This document shows positions 63,237-64,000 of a stretch of 64,000 bases of DNA, piece by piece (the stretch's first letter is position 1; every line of letters starts with the position of its first letter). The notes beneath the pieces are model-generated. The model was not told the origin of the DNA. It was given only the letters and a program-made list of their open reading frames with translations, and ran no database searches. The position numbers were made by a program, and so were the translations under genes. This stretch comes from Deltaproteobacteria bacterium (lineage in GTDB: Bacteria; Myxococcota_A; UBA796; SXON01): NCBI GenBank assembly GCA_947486185.1, contig CANKTH010000002.1, forward strand, positions 47,946 to 111,945. Reading direction: 5' to 3'.

Positions 63237-64000
63237 CTAGACCATGTTGAGCAGGGCCTGGAGGGACTCATCCGCCGTCGTGACCACCTTGGCGCTCGCC
63301 TGGTAGGAGCGCTGGGCGGTGATCATGTTGATGAATTGATCCTCGAGATCCACGTTGCTCTTCTCCAGCGCGTTCCCCACGATGTCCCCGCGGCCATCCG
63401 TGCCCGCGACGTCCACCGCAGGCTCGCCCGACGCGATCGACTTCTCGAACAAGGTACCCCCCGCACGGATCAGCCCCGACTCCGACTTGAAGGTGGCGAG
63501 CAGGACCTGACCGATCGTCAGGTCTTCGCCATTGGTGTAAGAGGCGATAAGGATGCCGTTGTCGCCAATAGCCACGCTCGAAAGATTACCGGTAGACCGG
63601 CCATCTTGACCGATCGCCGAGACCGAGGACTCCGAGCCGCCCATGATCAGCGCGCCGTCGGTAGCGACGCCGGCGATGTCGATGCCGAAGTCGAAGACTA
63701 CCGCGGGCGGGGCAGCGGCCTGGAAGGTCCAGCCCGCGGTGTCCGTCTGGGTGAAGGCGGTGAGCTCGCCCGCGGTGTCGAAGGTGACCGTGCCGGTGGC
63801 GATCTCGAAGGCGTCCCCGGCCGTGGCGCTGAAGGCGACGCCGGCGGGGTCGAAGGCCTCGGTCGCGTCGACGAGGGAGCGCCAGGTCCAGTCAGTGTTA
63901 TTGACCCGTTCGAACAGGATCGTGACCTCGTGGCCCAAGCCGAGGCTGTCGTAGACCGTGGTGCTCGTGCTGAAGTCGGCCGCGTCACCCGCCTCAATCA
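63237..64000 (-). CDS. flgE: Flagellar hook protein FlgE, C-terminal part (5' end lies beyond the window)
   Basis: The frame stays open upstream of the track's TTG at 63938 through to base 64000 (…TTVYDSLGLGHEVTILFERVN). C-terminus GNALEKSNVDLEDQFINMITAQRSYQASAKVVTTADESLQALLNMV. Its position upstream of fliL fits flgE rather than flgG. Confidence 0.7.
   Translation of the reverse strand, partial: IEAGDAADFSTSTTVYDSLGLGHEVTILFERVNNTDWTWRSLVDATEAFDPAGVAFSATAGDAFEIATGTVTFDTAGELTAFTQTDTAGWTFQAAAPPAVVFDFGIDIAGVATDGALIMGGSESSVSAIGQDGRSTGNLSSVAIGDNGILIASYTNGEDLTIGQVLLATFKSESGLIRAGGTLFEKSIASGEPAVDVAGTDGRGDIVGNALEKSNVDLEDQFINMITAQRSYQASAKVVTTADESLQALLNMV

Noticed and set aside
1-64000. Prophage, integrative element or transposon content
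   Set aside because: No integrase, transposase, recombinase, phage structural or terminal inverted repeat signatures were seen in any frame. The only compositional anomalies are the rSAM pair and parts of the flagellar operon.

Overview
High-GC bacterial chromosomal window, roughly 70% GC by hand counts of sample lines. It is densely coding with about 60 genes. I saw no rRNA, tRNA, CRISPR array, transposase or integrase. Several hallmarks point to a Myxococcota-like organism: a MYXO-CTERM-type sorting tail, an approximately 1,800-aa lipoprotein built from MopE-type Cys/Asp repeats, Ser/Thr kinases with PEGA domains, an FHA protein and many lipobox lipoproteins. Left end, minus strand: the giant repeat lipoprotein, a GC-rich hairpin, then two class-B (B12-binding) radical SAM genes, a 105-aa ORF and the N-terminus of a PfaA-like ketosynthase megasynthase that runs off the window. 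That last ORF is missing from the supplied track and was found by hand translation. This rSAM/small-ORF/PKS block is my best candidate for an undescribed system. Middle: a GldA/F/G-type ABC exporter, an FHA/OmpA/arylsulfotransferase-like module, a fatty-acid hydroxylase, a Cys-rich lipoprotein with an S8 protease, and a pentaheme cytochrome lipoprotein. Housekeeping genes there include lspA, ETF-QO, tldD-pmbA, pncB, rsgA, glpD, dtd and an IMPase, together with PAP2, M23, TolC, a sulfatase-like protein, a kinase and a pseudokinase. Right end, minus strand: an intact, translationally coupled flagellar operon (flgE' fliL fliM fliN fliO fliP fliQ fliR flhB fliA). A flagellar operon is unexpected in a genome with myxobacterial hallmarks. 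Many long antisense ORFs in the track are high-GC artefacts.
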